From Octopus sinensis (lineage: Eukaryota), in NCBI RefSeq assembly GCF_006345805.1, contig NC_043014.1, positions 2,232,001 to 2,296,000 of the forward strand: a stretch of DNA of 64,000 bases. Direction: 5' to 3'. Made by a program: the position numbers and the translations under genes. Positions 14,157-26,618 of this stretch are shown piece by piece; within the stretch, counting starts at the first letter, position 1; every line of letters begins with the position of its first letter. A model generated the notes under the pieces. The model saw nothing but the letters and a program-made list of their open reading frames with translations. It ran no database searches and was not told where the DNA came from.

Positions 14157-14389
14157 TACGATAAACATTAGGTTATATTAGTTCCTATGTACGTTTCAAC
14201 TTTGTGGTTGTTTGGAATTCTGCAATGGATGTTCCAAGTGAAACTGGATGCGTCACCACCAGGAATCTTCAAGGAACACTTTATTGGATTATGTTACAAA
14301 GAACAGCTTAACGACTCTACTGGAAGCAGAGTGGACTTTAATAATCTACGTGGATGTCGAAAGTTAACAGTAGCAGTCATACATCTGTT

Positions 14390-14464
<75 letters not shown>

Positions 14465-14734
14465 ATTTTTGCCATGTAGAGTTCATTTAAATGAACGAAA
14501 GCGCTAATAAAGAATTATCCAAAATTCTGTCTGCCTCTTTTTTTTCAATATACAATATCTGCACACCATTTCAAGCACTTTATACACACATACATACACA
14601 CATACATACATACATACATACATACATACATACATACATAATACATACATACATACATTCATACATACATACATACATACATACATACATACACACATAC
14701 ATACACACATACATACATACATACATACATACAT

Positions 14735-14765
<31 letters not shown>

Positions 14766-14814
14766 TACATACCTACCTACATATATTCATACATACATAC
14801 ATACATGCATGTAA

Positions 14815-15122
14815 TATCATGTCACGTGACCGACCAGGCTATCAGATGTTGCTACACATCGCTGGTTACAATGCGCTTCGCATTGTTTTAGCCTTTAAAT
14901 GACGCCACCCCGCTGGCTAAGCGAGCAGGCCAACAGAAGAAAGAGCGAGAGAAAGTTGCGGCGAAAGAGTACAGCAGGGATCGCCACCACCCCCTGGCGG
15001 AGCCTCATGGAGCTATAGGTGTTTTGGCTCAATAAACACCCACAATGCCCGGTCTGGGAATCGAAACCGCGATCCTACGACCGCGAGTCCGCTACCCTAA
15101 CAACCGGGCCATTGCGCCTCCA
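14815..15122 (-). mobile_element. SINE family B (GGAGGCGCAATGGCCC head), short-tail variant
   Basis: Reverse complement of the head at 15100-15122; tail ...GTAGCAACATCTGATAGCCTGGTCGGTCACGTGA shared with the copies at 20307 and 59826. Confidence 0.85.
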
Positions 15123-15224
15123 TGTATGTAATATATATGAATATATTATGTAGACATGTGTACAGGGAAAAGCAGTATGCAACTAAACGAGATTAAATTT
15201 CAAACAAACCACTTAATCCACCAT

Positions 15225-15450
15225 TCACTCTTCCCTCGGGCGACATCAAACATCACGAGAGATCTCGGACCAATTGTCGAGAACGACGTAAGTTGGAGTG
15301 CCCACATAAACCAGAAAGTCGACATAGCCCTCCGGACGTGCTTTTGGATGCTCAGAATTTTTCGGTCTGGAGAGGTTCCGACCATAATCCTTCACTTCTC
15401 CACCTTTGCCCCGGCCATGTCAAACTTAATAGCTCCACTTTGAAAGGACA
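15225..15450 (+). mobile_element. CR1/L2-like LINE RT C-terminal fragment
   Basis: RDLGPIVENDVSWSAHINQKVDIALRTCFWMLRIF resembles the KDLGV.VD..LSW..HI...V..A motif downstream of the RT core in CR1-group elements. Confidence 0.7.
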
Positions 15451-15639
15451 TTTAATTATGTTTCCTATTACAGTCATTCTTTGCGAACCATAGTATGCAT
15501 GTTTGCAGTTGCTACTATTGTGGTCGCGTGATCCAAGTTTAAGCCTAATCGCGCCATTTTCATTTCTGGCTTTACTGTGTAAGCATGGTCGCTCCACTAG
15601 CTATGTGCGCCTAAGAAAAACAAAGAGTAGTGATCCGAG

Positions 15640-15873
15640 AGACGGCGAGCTGGCAGAAACGTTAGCACGCCGGGCGAAATGCGTAACAGTATTTCGTCTG
15701 CCGTTACGTTCTGAGTTCAAATTCCGCCGAGGTCGACTTTGCCTTTCATCTTTTCGGGGTCGATTAAATAAGTACCAGTTACGCACTGGGGTCGATATAA
15801 TCGACTTAATCCGTTTGTCTGTCCTTGTTTGTCCTCTCTGTGTTTAGCCCCTTGTGGGTAATAAAGAAATAGG
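15640..15873 (+). mobile_element. Full-length SINE family A
   Basis: GGCGAGCTGGCAGAAACGTTAGC head, GAGTTCAAATTCC B-box, core and ...TAAAGAAATAGGT end. Confidence 0.88.
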
Positions 15874-15874
15874 T

Positions 15875-16325
15875 AATGGTGAACCAGTTCACCCTTACCA
15901 TCTCTCAAGTTTGCTGAATCTTCTTGTCTGGTGGAAGTCGAAGGGCGTCCTTCTCCGTCTTCTTGCGTCACGCTTCTCTGGCGACTTATAAACTTCTCAA
16001 ACCCCTCATACACACCTCAACGTGGGAGTGCACTGTCCCCGTATTGTGTGCTAAAAACCTCCGATGAATTTCACCACCTGACACACCTTCCGACCAGAGA
16101 AATCGGATCACTGCTCGTTGTTCTTTGGTGCACATTGCTAGTGGAGCGGCCATTCTTACACTGTTGCTGGTGTAGGAGCCGGTGGCGGCGCGGCGGTACG
16201 GCTGTCGGGTTGGATGGATGGGTTAGTGCAAGGGCTGGGGAAGTGTGAGAGAGAAAAAGGATTGACAAATCGTTCAGAAACTATGGTTCGGGCGTTTAAT
16301 TAACCGCTAATATATTTATACTCGT
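15875..16325 (-). mobile_element. Mariner 5' fragment (N-terminal HTH region), truncated at a SINE
   Basis: Minus-strand translation MAAPLAMCTKEQRAVIRFLWSEGVSGGEIHRRF...YGDSALPR*GVYEGFEKF...EDGEGRPSTST is the classic mariner N-terminus, with a frameshift and stop. Confidence 0.8.
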
Positions 16326-17429
16326 GAGGGCAGCGAGATGGCAGAATCATTAGCACTCCGGGCGAAATTCTTAGCGGTATTTCGTCTGCCATTACGTTCT
16401 GAGGTCAAATTCCGCCGAGGCCGACTTTGCCAGAAAGAAATATGGCGCGACCAGGTTTAATCTTCGATCACGTGACCACAATAGTATCAACTCTAAGCAC
16501 GCATGCGCAGAAGGCAATGTGACAATAATAAAGATATGTTATGGTGAAAGTGCAGATAAGTTTTGACTTACCCTCTTATACACACACACATACCCACACA
16601 CACATACCGTATATACATACGCCCATCAGTTATATATTAGTGTACATAAATAAAAACATTTAACATACGATGGGTGTATATAATGTGTACTTCCTATCTA
16701 CCATCCCATATACAACTACCTTAAAATTGTAAATACAAAAGAAAAGAAGAAAGAAAAATAGGTCAAAAATTGACTCGTGTGTCAATTCTGCTAAAGAGTC
16801 GGTAATATATGAGTCGCGAACGTTTGTGGAACTGAAATAATAGCGAACAACATTGCCATGTCACTACACAATCAGAAAACGAAGGTGTTTCAGCGATAAT
16901 TATTTTTATTACAGCTAATAAAGGAAATATAACCGAGACACACCTTTAAAACATCAAAGTACGTCAGGTATAAACGAAAATAATAAGGGAAACAAAAGAC
17001 GGAATATATATCGAAGTAAATGGAAGGGAAGCAGGCACGGAAATCCATTCTTGGATAATAACACAAAGAAGACCTCATAAATATGTCAGATAGATTTTCT
17101 TTCTGATTAAGTGAGGTTATCAGAGAAGGCGACAGCATAAAGATAAAGAGAAGGGAAGTATTTTTAGAGATGATAAGGAATAAATTACGAGAAAGAGAGA
17201 GGTAAGCGATAGAGTATAATGAATACGTAAATGCAAATATATATGGATGTATCAATTATATTTATATTTAAATAGAAACCTTAATATTTATGGAACCGGA
17301 TGGTGAAAAGAATAATATATATGTCAATCGACTGAAAACGTGTCTCCTTTAATAATGATTAATTACATTGTCACAAGGTGGCGCGCAGAGTTAAGGGAAT
17401 GGTCTTTGGATTATAACTAGAAGTTTAAT

Positions 17430-17880
17430 AGTAATGACAATCCTTTCTAAATTCTAGGCACGAGGCCTGGAATTTTAGGGGAGGGGTTTTGTCGATTCCA
17501 TCAACCCCGTTGCACCCACTGGCAATTATTTTATCAACCTCGAAAGAACAAAAAGCAAAGTCGACTTCGGTGGAATTCGAACTCAGAACGTTAAGACGGA
17601 CGAAATGCCGCTAAGCATTTAGTCCGGCGTGCTAATGGTTATTTCAGTTCGCCACCTTAATAATGACGATTTAAAATTCTGGCACAAGGCCAGCAATTTT
17701 GAAGGGAGGGGATACGTCGATTACATCAACCCCAGGGATCAACTGCTACTTATTTTATCGATCCCAAGGAATGAAAGGCAAAGTCAACCTCGGCGGATTT
17801 TGAACGCAGAACACAAAGACGAATGAAATGCCTCGAAACATTTTTTCCGGCATGCTAACGACTCTGCCAGCTCACCGCCC
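17430..17880 (-). mobile_element. Two diverged SINE family A-related copies in tandem
   Basis: Reverse complements of the core (AAAGGCAAAGTCAACCTCGGCGGA, GCAAAGTCGACTTCGGTGGAATTCGAACTC) at about 17560 and 17780. Confidence 0.7.
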
Positions 17881-18867
17881 CAAAACACGATGAAATATTA
17901 GCTACATCAAAACCCCTTTACCATCTGTCTAACCTCATTAGTGCCACACCAATGGCCGAATACATCAGAGATTTTTCTGCTGCCCCCTATATTTAGTACT
18001 TTACATAAATAAAAAAAAAAAATCTCAAGCTATTTATTCAGTAGAGATGTGTTTCAAGTTACTTCAGAGCATTTAACTTGAACTCTCTCAGTTATCTAAG
18101 GAAGTACAATCGTGTCACATCTCCTGTAAGCGTCTTTCAAAGATATATGGGATGCAACCGAATACAAACCCAACCATATTCATCATGTTAATAAGCATTT
18201 TAAGAGCAAACGCTCGGTGTGAATCGATCCAAGCTGCGATGGTCACTAAACACAAACGATAAAACATTTGCTCCGTGAACATACAATTATCACTTGCCTA
18301 ACTTCACTGGAACCACTCCAATAGTTCGCTAAAATCCGACTGGTTTCTCTCTTGCACGCTCTATTATAGGAATGGAAGAAAAGGACGTGAAGGGTTTTAT
18401 GGCTTTCTAAACGCTATGAATAATGCAACTGAAACTGTCTCAGTCTTAAATCGAAACCGGATTGCTATTTCTTATTTTAGATCGTTGGCCACTATTTACA
18501 GTCATACGGCTTCGATGATTTATCATCCTGATTTCTAATTAATCCACATTAAACTGTTCCTTTGCACTATTAGATTGATTTTTGTCTCCGCTCACCCAAA
18601 TCAATGATTTTTCTCTCTGCCGTAATTGTCGGGAACCAGGCCATCTCTTTGAAGTTAATCTTTCGCCGGTTTTATTAAAAATGAAGGATATTTCCTGCCA
18701 AATTAAGTAACTTTAAAGTTTAACGTTGCTGGTGTAGGAGCCGGCTGTCGGGATAGATGGGTTAGTGCAAGGGCTGGGGAAGTGTGAGAGAGAAAAAGGA
18801 TTGACAAATTGTTCAGAATCTATGGTTCGGACTTTTAATTAACCGCTAATATATTTATACAGGTGAG

Positions 18868-19630
18868 GGCAGCGAGATGGCAGAATCGTTAGCACTCCGG
18901 GCGAAATGCTTAGCGGTATTTCGTCTGCGTTACGTTGTGAGTTCAATTTCCGCCGAGGTCGACTTTGCCTTTCATCCTTTCGGGGTCGATAAATTAAGTA
19001 CCAGTTACGCACTGGGGTCGATGTAATCGACTTAATACCTATGTCTGTCCTTGTTTGTCCCCTCTGTGTTTAGCCCCTTGTGGGTAATAAAGAAATAGGT
19101 ATTTCGTCTGCCGCTACGTTCTGAGATCAAATTCCGCCGAGGTCGACTTTGCCTTTCATCCTTTCGGGGTCGACTAAATAAGTACCAGTTACGTACTGGG
19201 GTCGATGTAATCGACTTAATCCGTTTGTCTGTCCTTGTTTGTCCCCTCTATGTTTAGTCTTTGTGGGTAGTAAAGAAATGGGTATTTCGTCTGCCGTTAC
19301 GTTCTGAGTTCAAATTCCGCCGAGGTTGACTTTGCCTTTCATCCTTTCGGGGTCGATTAAATAAGTACCAGTTACGCACTGGGGTCGATGTAATCGACTT
19401 AAGCCGTTTGTCTGTCCTTGTTTGTCCCCTCTATGTTTAGCCCCTTGTGGGTAGTAAAGAAATAGGTATTTCGACGGTGTTTACATTCTGAGATCTAATT
19501 CCGGTCAGGTCCACTTTGTCCTTCATCATTTCAGGGCTGATAAACTAAGTACCAGTTTTGTACTGGGGTGGATGTAATGGACTTTTTCCCCCTCTCCGAA
19601 ATTGCTGGCCTTGTGTCAAAATTTGAAACC
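18868..19630 (+). mobile_element. SINE family A tetramer (one head plus three headless units of about 183 bp)
   Basis: Core at about 18952, 19133, 19319 and a degenerate 19500; junctions GAAATAGGTATTTCG at about 19092, 19277 and 19460. Confidence 0.85.
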
Positions 19631-19908
19631 ACGACTGCAAATACCAGAATGCAACTGGTATAATGTCCTAACGATTCCACCAATCGACTTCTCTGAATTG
19701 GTAACTCATTTATCGATGCTGAAAGGATGAAAGACCAGGCTGACTTCGGCTGGAGTTGAACTCAAATCCATAGTCGGAAGAAATACCGCATAGCATTTGC
19801 TCCCACGCAGTCGCGACCCTGCGGATTTGTTGTTTGTGGATTTGTTAAACGATCAATCTTTGGTTACGGAACCAAATTCCTAAGACACTTCCCTTATATT
19901 CTTATAGT

Positions 19909-20290
19909 GGAGGCGCAATGGCCCAGTGGTTAGGGCAGCGGACTCGCGGTCATAGGATCGCGGTTTCAATTCCCAGACCGGGCGTTGTGAGTGTTTATTG
20001 AGCGAAAACACCTAAAAGCTCCACGAGGCTCTGGCAGGGATGGTGGTGATCCCTGCTGTACTCTTTCACCACAACTTTCTCTCACTCTTACTTCCTGTTT
20101 CTGTTGTACCTGTATTTCAAAGGGCCGGCCTTGTCACTCTCTGTGTCACGCTGAATATCCCCGAGAACTACGTTAAGGGTACACGTGTCTGTGGAGTGCT
20201 CAGCCACTTACACGTTAATTTCACGAGCAGGCTGTTCCGTTGATCGGATCAACCGGAACCCTCGTCGTCGTAACCGACGGAGTGCTTCCA
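19909..20290 (+). mobile_element. SINE family B, long-tail variant
   Basis: GGAGGCGCAATGGCCCAGTGGTTAGG A-box, GGTTTCAATTCCC B-box; tail ...GTAACCGACGGAGTGCTTCCA; same as 25875 and 32860. Confidence 0.9.
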
Positions 20291-20306
20291 TTCCCATATT
20301 CTTATA

Positions 20307-20590
20307 TCACGTGACCGACTTGCCATCAGATGTTGCTACACATCGCTGGTCACAATGCGTTCGCATTGTTTTAGCCTTCGAATGACGCCACCCCGCTGGC
20401 TAAGCGAGCAGGCCAACAGAAGAAAGAGTGGTGAAAGAGTACAGCAGGGATCACCACCCCCTGCCGGAGCCTCGTGGAGCTTTTAGGTGTTTTCGCTCAA
20501 TAAACACACACAACGCCCGGTCTGGGAATCGAAACCACGATCCTACGACCGCGAGTCCGCTGCCCTAACCACTGGGCCATTGCGCCTCCA
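20307..20590 (-). mobile_element. SINE family B, short-tail variant, inverted relative to its neighbour
   Basis: Reverse-complement head ends at 20590; flanked by CATATTCTTATA and CATATTCTTCTATA. Confidence 0.88.
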
Positions 20591-21016
20591 CATATTCTTC
20601 TATAGAAGTTATTATTCACCCTCAGCTTAATCTTGAAAGAATGAATCTCAAAGACGTCCCAGCCATGACTATCCAAGTAATTTATCAAAGTTAATATTAT
20701 TTTATGTTTCCTTTCATTTTTTAAGACAGTTGAGTGAGAGCTGAAGATGGTTTTAGCAACTACATCTAGCAAATAGGGCGACCATGTAAAGGTCTCCTCG
20801 TTAGTCCATAATACGAAATTATATTCAATGCAAACAGAAGTTAATCCACTTTTCTGTGTTTGTGTTCAGATAAAAGAACCAAGTCGGGCTTTAATTGGAT
20901 TTCGCCATCAGCTCCGAGGAGAGACAATGCAGAACGGAACCGGGCGAAAGAAATAATGCCATCCTTTGTTTGGAAAAGGTTAATGGTTTTGTTGCTAGCA
21001 TACGTATAAACACACA

Positions 21017-21048
<32 letters not shown>

Positions 21049-21198
21049 AACACACACTCACACATATAGGATATGTGGTGTGCATTTGTGCATCTATATA
21101 TATATATATATATATAATATATATATATATATACACACGCTATACTATATTAAATCTATATATATAGGACCCCACACTTGGTTGGCAATTATATGTTA

Positions 21199-21260
<62 letters not shown>

Positions 21261-21281
21261 ATATATATGTATATATATATG

Positions 21282-21331
<50 letters not shown>

Positions 21332-21390
21332 TATATATTATATATACACACATATATATATATAATATATATAATATATATATATATATA

Positions 21391-21503
<113 letters not shown>

Positions 21504-21551
21504 CTGGAGAGAGAGAAATAATGAGAGAGTGGAAGGGGAGTTAGATAAATT

Positions 21552-21582
<31 letters not shown>

Positions 21583-21689
21583 TCACATAGACACATCTAC
21601 ATGTATTCAGAGAGATAAACATACACACACACACACGTGTGTGTGTGTGTGTGTATGTGTGTGTGTGTGTATAGATATACATATGTTTA

Positions 21690-23258
21690 TATTGGCCGGA
21701 CATTGCTCCATCTGATTATCATTTATTCCATAGTCTTCAAAATCATTTGGATGGGAAAAGATATGAAATCTGTAGACGAAGTCAGAACAGTGCTGGAGAA
21801 GCATTTTTCGTCACGGACAAGTGAATTTTGGAAGAGGGGCGTTGCAGGTCTATCAGAGAAATGGAAGAGCATTGTAAAAAATAAAGGAGAGTATACGAGG
21901 GACGTTCAATAAGTAATGCTCCTAACCCACTTGCAGTTGTTTGATCTAGCTGAAATTTTGCATGTGCAATTATTTATATCTCTATAGATTAAGTGGCAAA
22001 TTACAGCTCTGAACTAATTCTGGTTTCTGATTTGAACAGAGTCAAGTGTGAAATGGAGCCAGTTGAGTGTCGAGCAGTGATCCGGTTTTTGTATTTGAAA
22101 GGACGCACACCACGGGAGACTTTTGATGAAATGAAAGTAACTTATGCTGATGATGCCCCATCATATGACCTTGTAAAACGCTGGCATCGTGAATTCAAAC
22201 ATGGTCGGAACTCTGTGGAAACAGCTCCCAATCTGGTCGTCCCCTTCTGCCATTGATGAGGCATCTGTCGTCAAGTTGAGGCTGCCATTTTGAAAATCGA
22301 CGCATACTATTCGCCAATAGCCCATGAGGTCAAGATTAGTATCGGGTCTGTGGAAACTATCATTCATTGACCATTTGCATATGCAAAAGGTGTCTGCCAG
22401 ATGGATTCCAGGTTGCTCACACCTTTCCAGAAGCAAGAACGCGTCGAGTGCTCGAGGATGAATTTGGAGATGTGCCAAGAAGATGAGTCAAAATTTTTCA
22501 GAAGACTGATTACAACAGGATGAAACCTGGGTCCATCACTATGATCCAGAGACCAAAGCCCAGTCAATGCAGTGGAAGCACCGTGACTCACCTCCTCCAA
22601 AGAAGGCAAGGGTGCAGCCCTCCGCTGGCAAGGTCATGCTCACAGTCTTCTGGGACCAGGACTGAGTAGTGATGACAGATTTCCTGGCAAAGGGTACCAC
22701 AATTACAGGAGCCTATTATGCTTCACTTTTGAAGAAATTAAGAGAGGCTATCAAAATCAAGAGGCGGGGCAAGATCAGCAAAGGCATCCTCCTCCTGCAG
22801 GACAACGCTCTGGTCCACAACCTGCTTGTCGCCAGATCAGAAGCACAGGCGTGCGGCTATGAACTCCTCCCCCATCCCCCTACTCTCCTGACCTTGCACC
22901 CTCTGATTTTCACCTCTTCCCAGCCATGAAGTTGTTTTTGAAAGGAAAGCGTTTCCCAGATGATGCAGCCTTGATTTCTGAAGTCACGTCGTGGTTGGAG
23001 GACCAAACTGGGGTCTTCTACAAAAACGGTCTCCAGAGCTGCATCAAACGATGGGAGAAATGTGTAACTCTGAGTGGTTCCTATGTAAAAGAAGACTAAT
23101 AACTGTGCCAAGTTTCGTTGCTCTACTGCCATGGGAAGTGGGTCAGGGGCATTACTTATTGAACGCCCCTCGTATTTTAGATTAAAAAAGAACTTTATCT
23201 TAATTTTGAAAAATAAAATAAATATTTAAAAAACCGCATTGTTTCTGGAATGACCCTA
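21690..23258 (+). mobile_element. Older mariner 3' fragment interrupted by a younger mariner
   Basis: 21690-21895 encodes PDIAPSDYHLFHSLQNHL...RGVAGLSEKWKSIVKNKGEY; removing the insert restores GGA GAG TAT ATT TTA GAT TAA (GEYILD*); TIR-like end GCATTGTTTCTGGAATGACCCTA at about 23236-23258. Confidence 0.75.
21896..23172 (+). mobile_element. Full-length (1277 bp) mariner DNA transposon with disrupted DD34D transposase (ATG 22053, stop 23099)
   Basis: TA|CGAGGGACGTTCAATAAGTAATGC ... GCATTACTTATTGAACGCCCCTCG|TA inverted repeats with TA duplication; motifs RAVIRFL, WIPRLL, (TG)DETWVHHY, QDNA and HPPYSPDLAPSD with 34 residues between D2 and D3; frameshifts near 22230, 22520 and 22875 and a stop near 22662. 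Confidence 0.95.
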
Positions 23259-23269
23259 TATATATTCTT

Positions 23270-23480
23270 TTATTCTTTTATTCTTTTATTGTTTTCCTTG
23301 TTTCAGCCATTGACTGCGGCCATGCTGGAGCACCGCCTTTAGTCGAACGAATCGACTCCAGGACCGATAGAGTAAGCACGAAACTTAAAGAAAATAATCC
23401 TGCGTCGATTCATTCGACTTAAATTCTTCAAGGCGGAGGCCCAGCATCGCTGCAGTCTAAGGACTGAAACAATTAAAAGA
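23270..23480 (-). mobile_element. SINE family C 3' portion
   Basis: GACTGCGGCCATGCTGGAGCACCGCCTTTAGTCG matches the other copies. Confidence 0.7.
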
Positions 23481-23504
23481 TAATATATATATATATATAT
23501 GTAT

Positions 23505-23990
23505 GTATGGTTCAAATTTACAGAAAACAAAAGACAAGGCAGGCGTAGGAACAACGAAGACAGGTGTATTAGTTTAACGCTTGGGATGAATGGGAAAGTA
23601 TTTGACGTTTCGAGCCTACGCTCTTCGACAGAAAGGATTACGAGGGAAAAATGGAGAGAGAAACAATTGTGCAGAGTATCCTTAAAATCCGTAAAAATGT
23701 TTTAGCCCGACTGATATGGGAGCCAGTCGTCAGAAAAGTGGTCTCATGTGGCTAGGATTTGTTTTGACTCACTTTATATATATTGTCCGGCATTCGCCAT
23801 GATAGATCGCTAGCCACTACACATTCTTTATTTTCTCTCCTTGTTCCTTTCTGTGGAAGAGCGTAGGCTCGAAACGTTAAAGACTTTTTAACTTCCCGAG
23901 CGTTATACTAATACATCTGTTTGTTGTCTACACCGCCTATATTCGTCTTTTGTTTCCTATTTGTGAATTCACCCTATATATATATATATA
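23505..23990. mobile_element. Fold-back non-autonomous element (Penelope-like terminus) carrying hammerhead-like motifs in both arms, flanked by (TA)n
   Basis: 23505-23640 is an imperfect inverted repeat of 23840-23990; arms contain CTTTCTGTNGAAGAGCGTAGGCTCGAAACGT; a single-arm relative lies at 25655-25860. Confidence 0.7.
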
Positions 23991-24051
23991 TATACGTTTA
24001 AATATTTGTTGTGCAAGGTTTTTTATGTGAAGTCGTGTGTTGAAACAGATC

Positions 24052-24177
24052 TTGTTATATTTCGGAATGGTCATTTTGCCAGTTTTAGCCATAAATAACA
24101 CTGACAAAGTAACACCAATATATAGTGCGTGTGTTTTATTGGCTAAACTGGCAAAATGACCATTCCGAAATATAACA

Positions 24178-24178
<1 letters not shown>
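24052..24178. repeat. Fold-back inverted repeat (arms of about 50 bp) ending in (TA)n
   Basis: TTGTTATATTTCGGAATGGTCATTTTGCCAGTTTTAGCC ... GGCTAAACTGGCAAAATGACCATTCCGAAATATAACAA. Confidence 0.9.
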
Positions 24179-24230
<52 letters not shown>

Positions 24231-24499
24231 ATAACCAGTCTCCCCACACCTTATCTTTGATTAAGATTCTTCATTCTATCTCTGGAAAGTCTGTGAATTT
24301 CTTAATCGTGTCCTTTATTTCTTTTATTGGTTAATCCGATAATTACCAATTCCGCCAGTCTTCCACCTCTCTTTATTCAGTCAATATTCAGTCTTATCCA
24401 CGTTATTATTCTTCAGGTACACCCTCTTAGCATGTTTACAGAGTTTGCTGAATTCTCTGTTAAGGGTTGCATATTTGGTTCCCTAAATTGGTAATCTTC

Positions 24500-24599
24500 N
24501 NNNNNNNNNNNNNNNNNNNNNNNNNNNNNNNNNNNNNNNNNNNNNNNNNNNNNNNNNNNNNNNNNNNNNNNNNNNNNNNNNNNNNNNNNNNNNNNNNNN
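24500..24599. other. Assembly gap (100 N)
   Basis: Run of N characters. Confidence 1.
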
Positions 24600-24853
24600 T
24601 TTTTAATCGTATTTACTCTGAGCACCAGGCCCGAAATTTTTAATCATATATGTGTATGTCTGTGTGTATCTGTGTGTATGTGCGTGTGTAGGTGTGTGTG
24701 TGTGTGTGGCCTGCCGCACGCGAAATTTTAACTTTTAATATTTTTTTAATCGTATTTATCTGAGCAGAAGGCCAGAAATTTTTATCATATATGTGTGTAT
24801 GTCTGTGTGTATCTGTGTGTATGTGCGTGTGTATATCTGTGTGTGTGTGGCGC

Positions 24854-24887
<34 letters not shown>

Positions 24888-25032
24888 CCCACTGCCGCAC
24901 GCGAAATTTTAACTTTTAATATTTTTTTAATGTATTTATCTGAGCAGAAGGCCAGAAATTTTTATCATATATGTGTGTATGTCTGTGTGTATCTGTGTGT
25001 ATGTGCGTGTGTATATCTGTGTGTGTGTGCGC

Positions 25033-25063
<31 letters not shown>

Positions 25064-25240
25064 GCCACTGCCGCACGCGAAATTTTAACTTTTGATATTT
25101 TTTTAATCGTATTTACTCTGAGCACAAGGCCCGAAATTTTTATCATATATGTGTGTGTATCTATGTGTATCTGTGTGTATGTGCGTGTGTGTGTGTGTGT
25201 GTGTGTATCTGTGTGTATGTGTGTGTGTGCGTGTGTGTAA
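24600..25240. repeat. Tandem repeat, unit of about 178-180 bp containing (GT)n, about 3.5 copies, next to the gap
   Basis: TTTATCATATATGTGTGTATGTC recurs at 24781 and 24961 (exactly 180 bp apart) and about 25139; GCCGCACGCGAAATTTTAACTTTT recurs at about 24712, 24893 and 25070. Confidence 0.9.
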
Positions 25241-25623
25241 TATAAATAAAGTTAGAAGATAAAGCCTGGTTATGACATTGCCCTGGATTTCAAGTCCATA
25301 AAGCTCTCAGCTTTACGGCATATTGTCAGATACCAAAACCTGTTCGCATAAGGCTTCTCTAGCGTGTGGCCTCTCTAAAATATATATAAGCAGTAATCCG
25401 TTGACTATCGCGGGTGTTACGTTCCAAAACTCCCCGCGATAGGCGAAAATCCGCGAAATACAAACAGCACTGTACTGTATATTTTATTATTATTATTTAT
25501 ATATTTTGCATGTATTTATTTTATTATAAATGCAAAACACCACCACGGAGGAATCGACGTAAGCTTAAATAATAAACCGCGATATGGCGAGAGATGACTG
25601 TATATTATATATACATACATACA

Positions 25624-25654
<31 letters not shown>

Positions 25655-25657
<3 letters not shown>

Positions 25658-25860
25658 ACGGGAAGCTTTATGAAAATAGACAAAAGACGAAGGCAGGTGG
25701 AAACAAACAAACAATTGTATTAATGGCGCTCAGGAAATATAAATAAAAACAAGTCTTTAACGTTTCGGCCTACGCTCTTCAACAGAAAGATACACAGAGA
25801 GAAAAAAAACACAGAAAGAAGGAGAGAAAAAAAAATGCGTGCAGTAACTAACGAACCAAC
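25655..25860 (-). mobile_element. Single-arm copy of the 23505-23990 element with an HHR-like motif (25754-25790)
   Basis: Reverse complement TCTTT CTGTTGA A GAGC GTAG GCC GAAA CG TT AAAGA; both ends abut (TA)n. Confidence 0.65.
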
Positions 25861-25874
25861 ATATATATATATGG

Positions 25875-26370
<496 letters not shown>

Positions 26371-26371
26371 G

Positions 26372-26430
<59 letters not shown>

Positions 26431-26453
26431 GATATATAGATAGATGGATAGAT

Positions 26454-26496
<43 letters not shown>

Positions 26497-26497
26497 G

Positions 26498-26544
<47 letters not shown>

Positions 26545-26545
26545 G

Positions 26546-26618
<73 letters not shown>

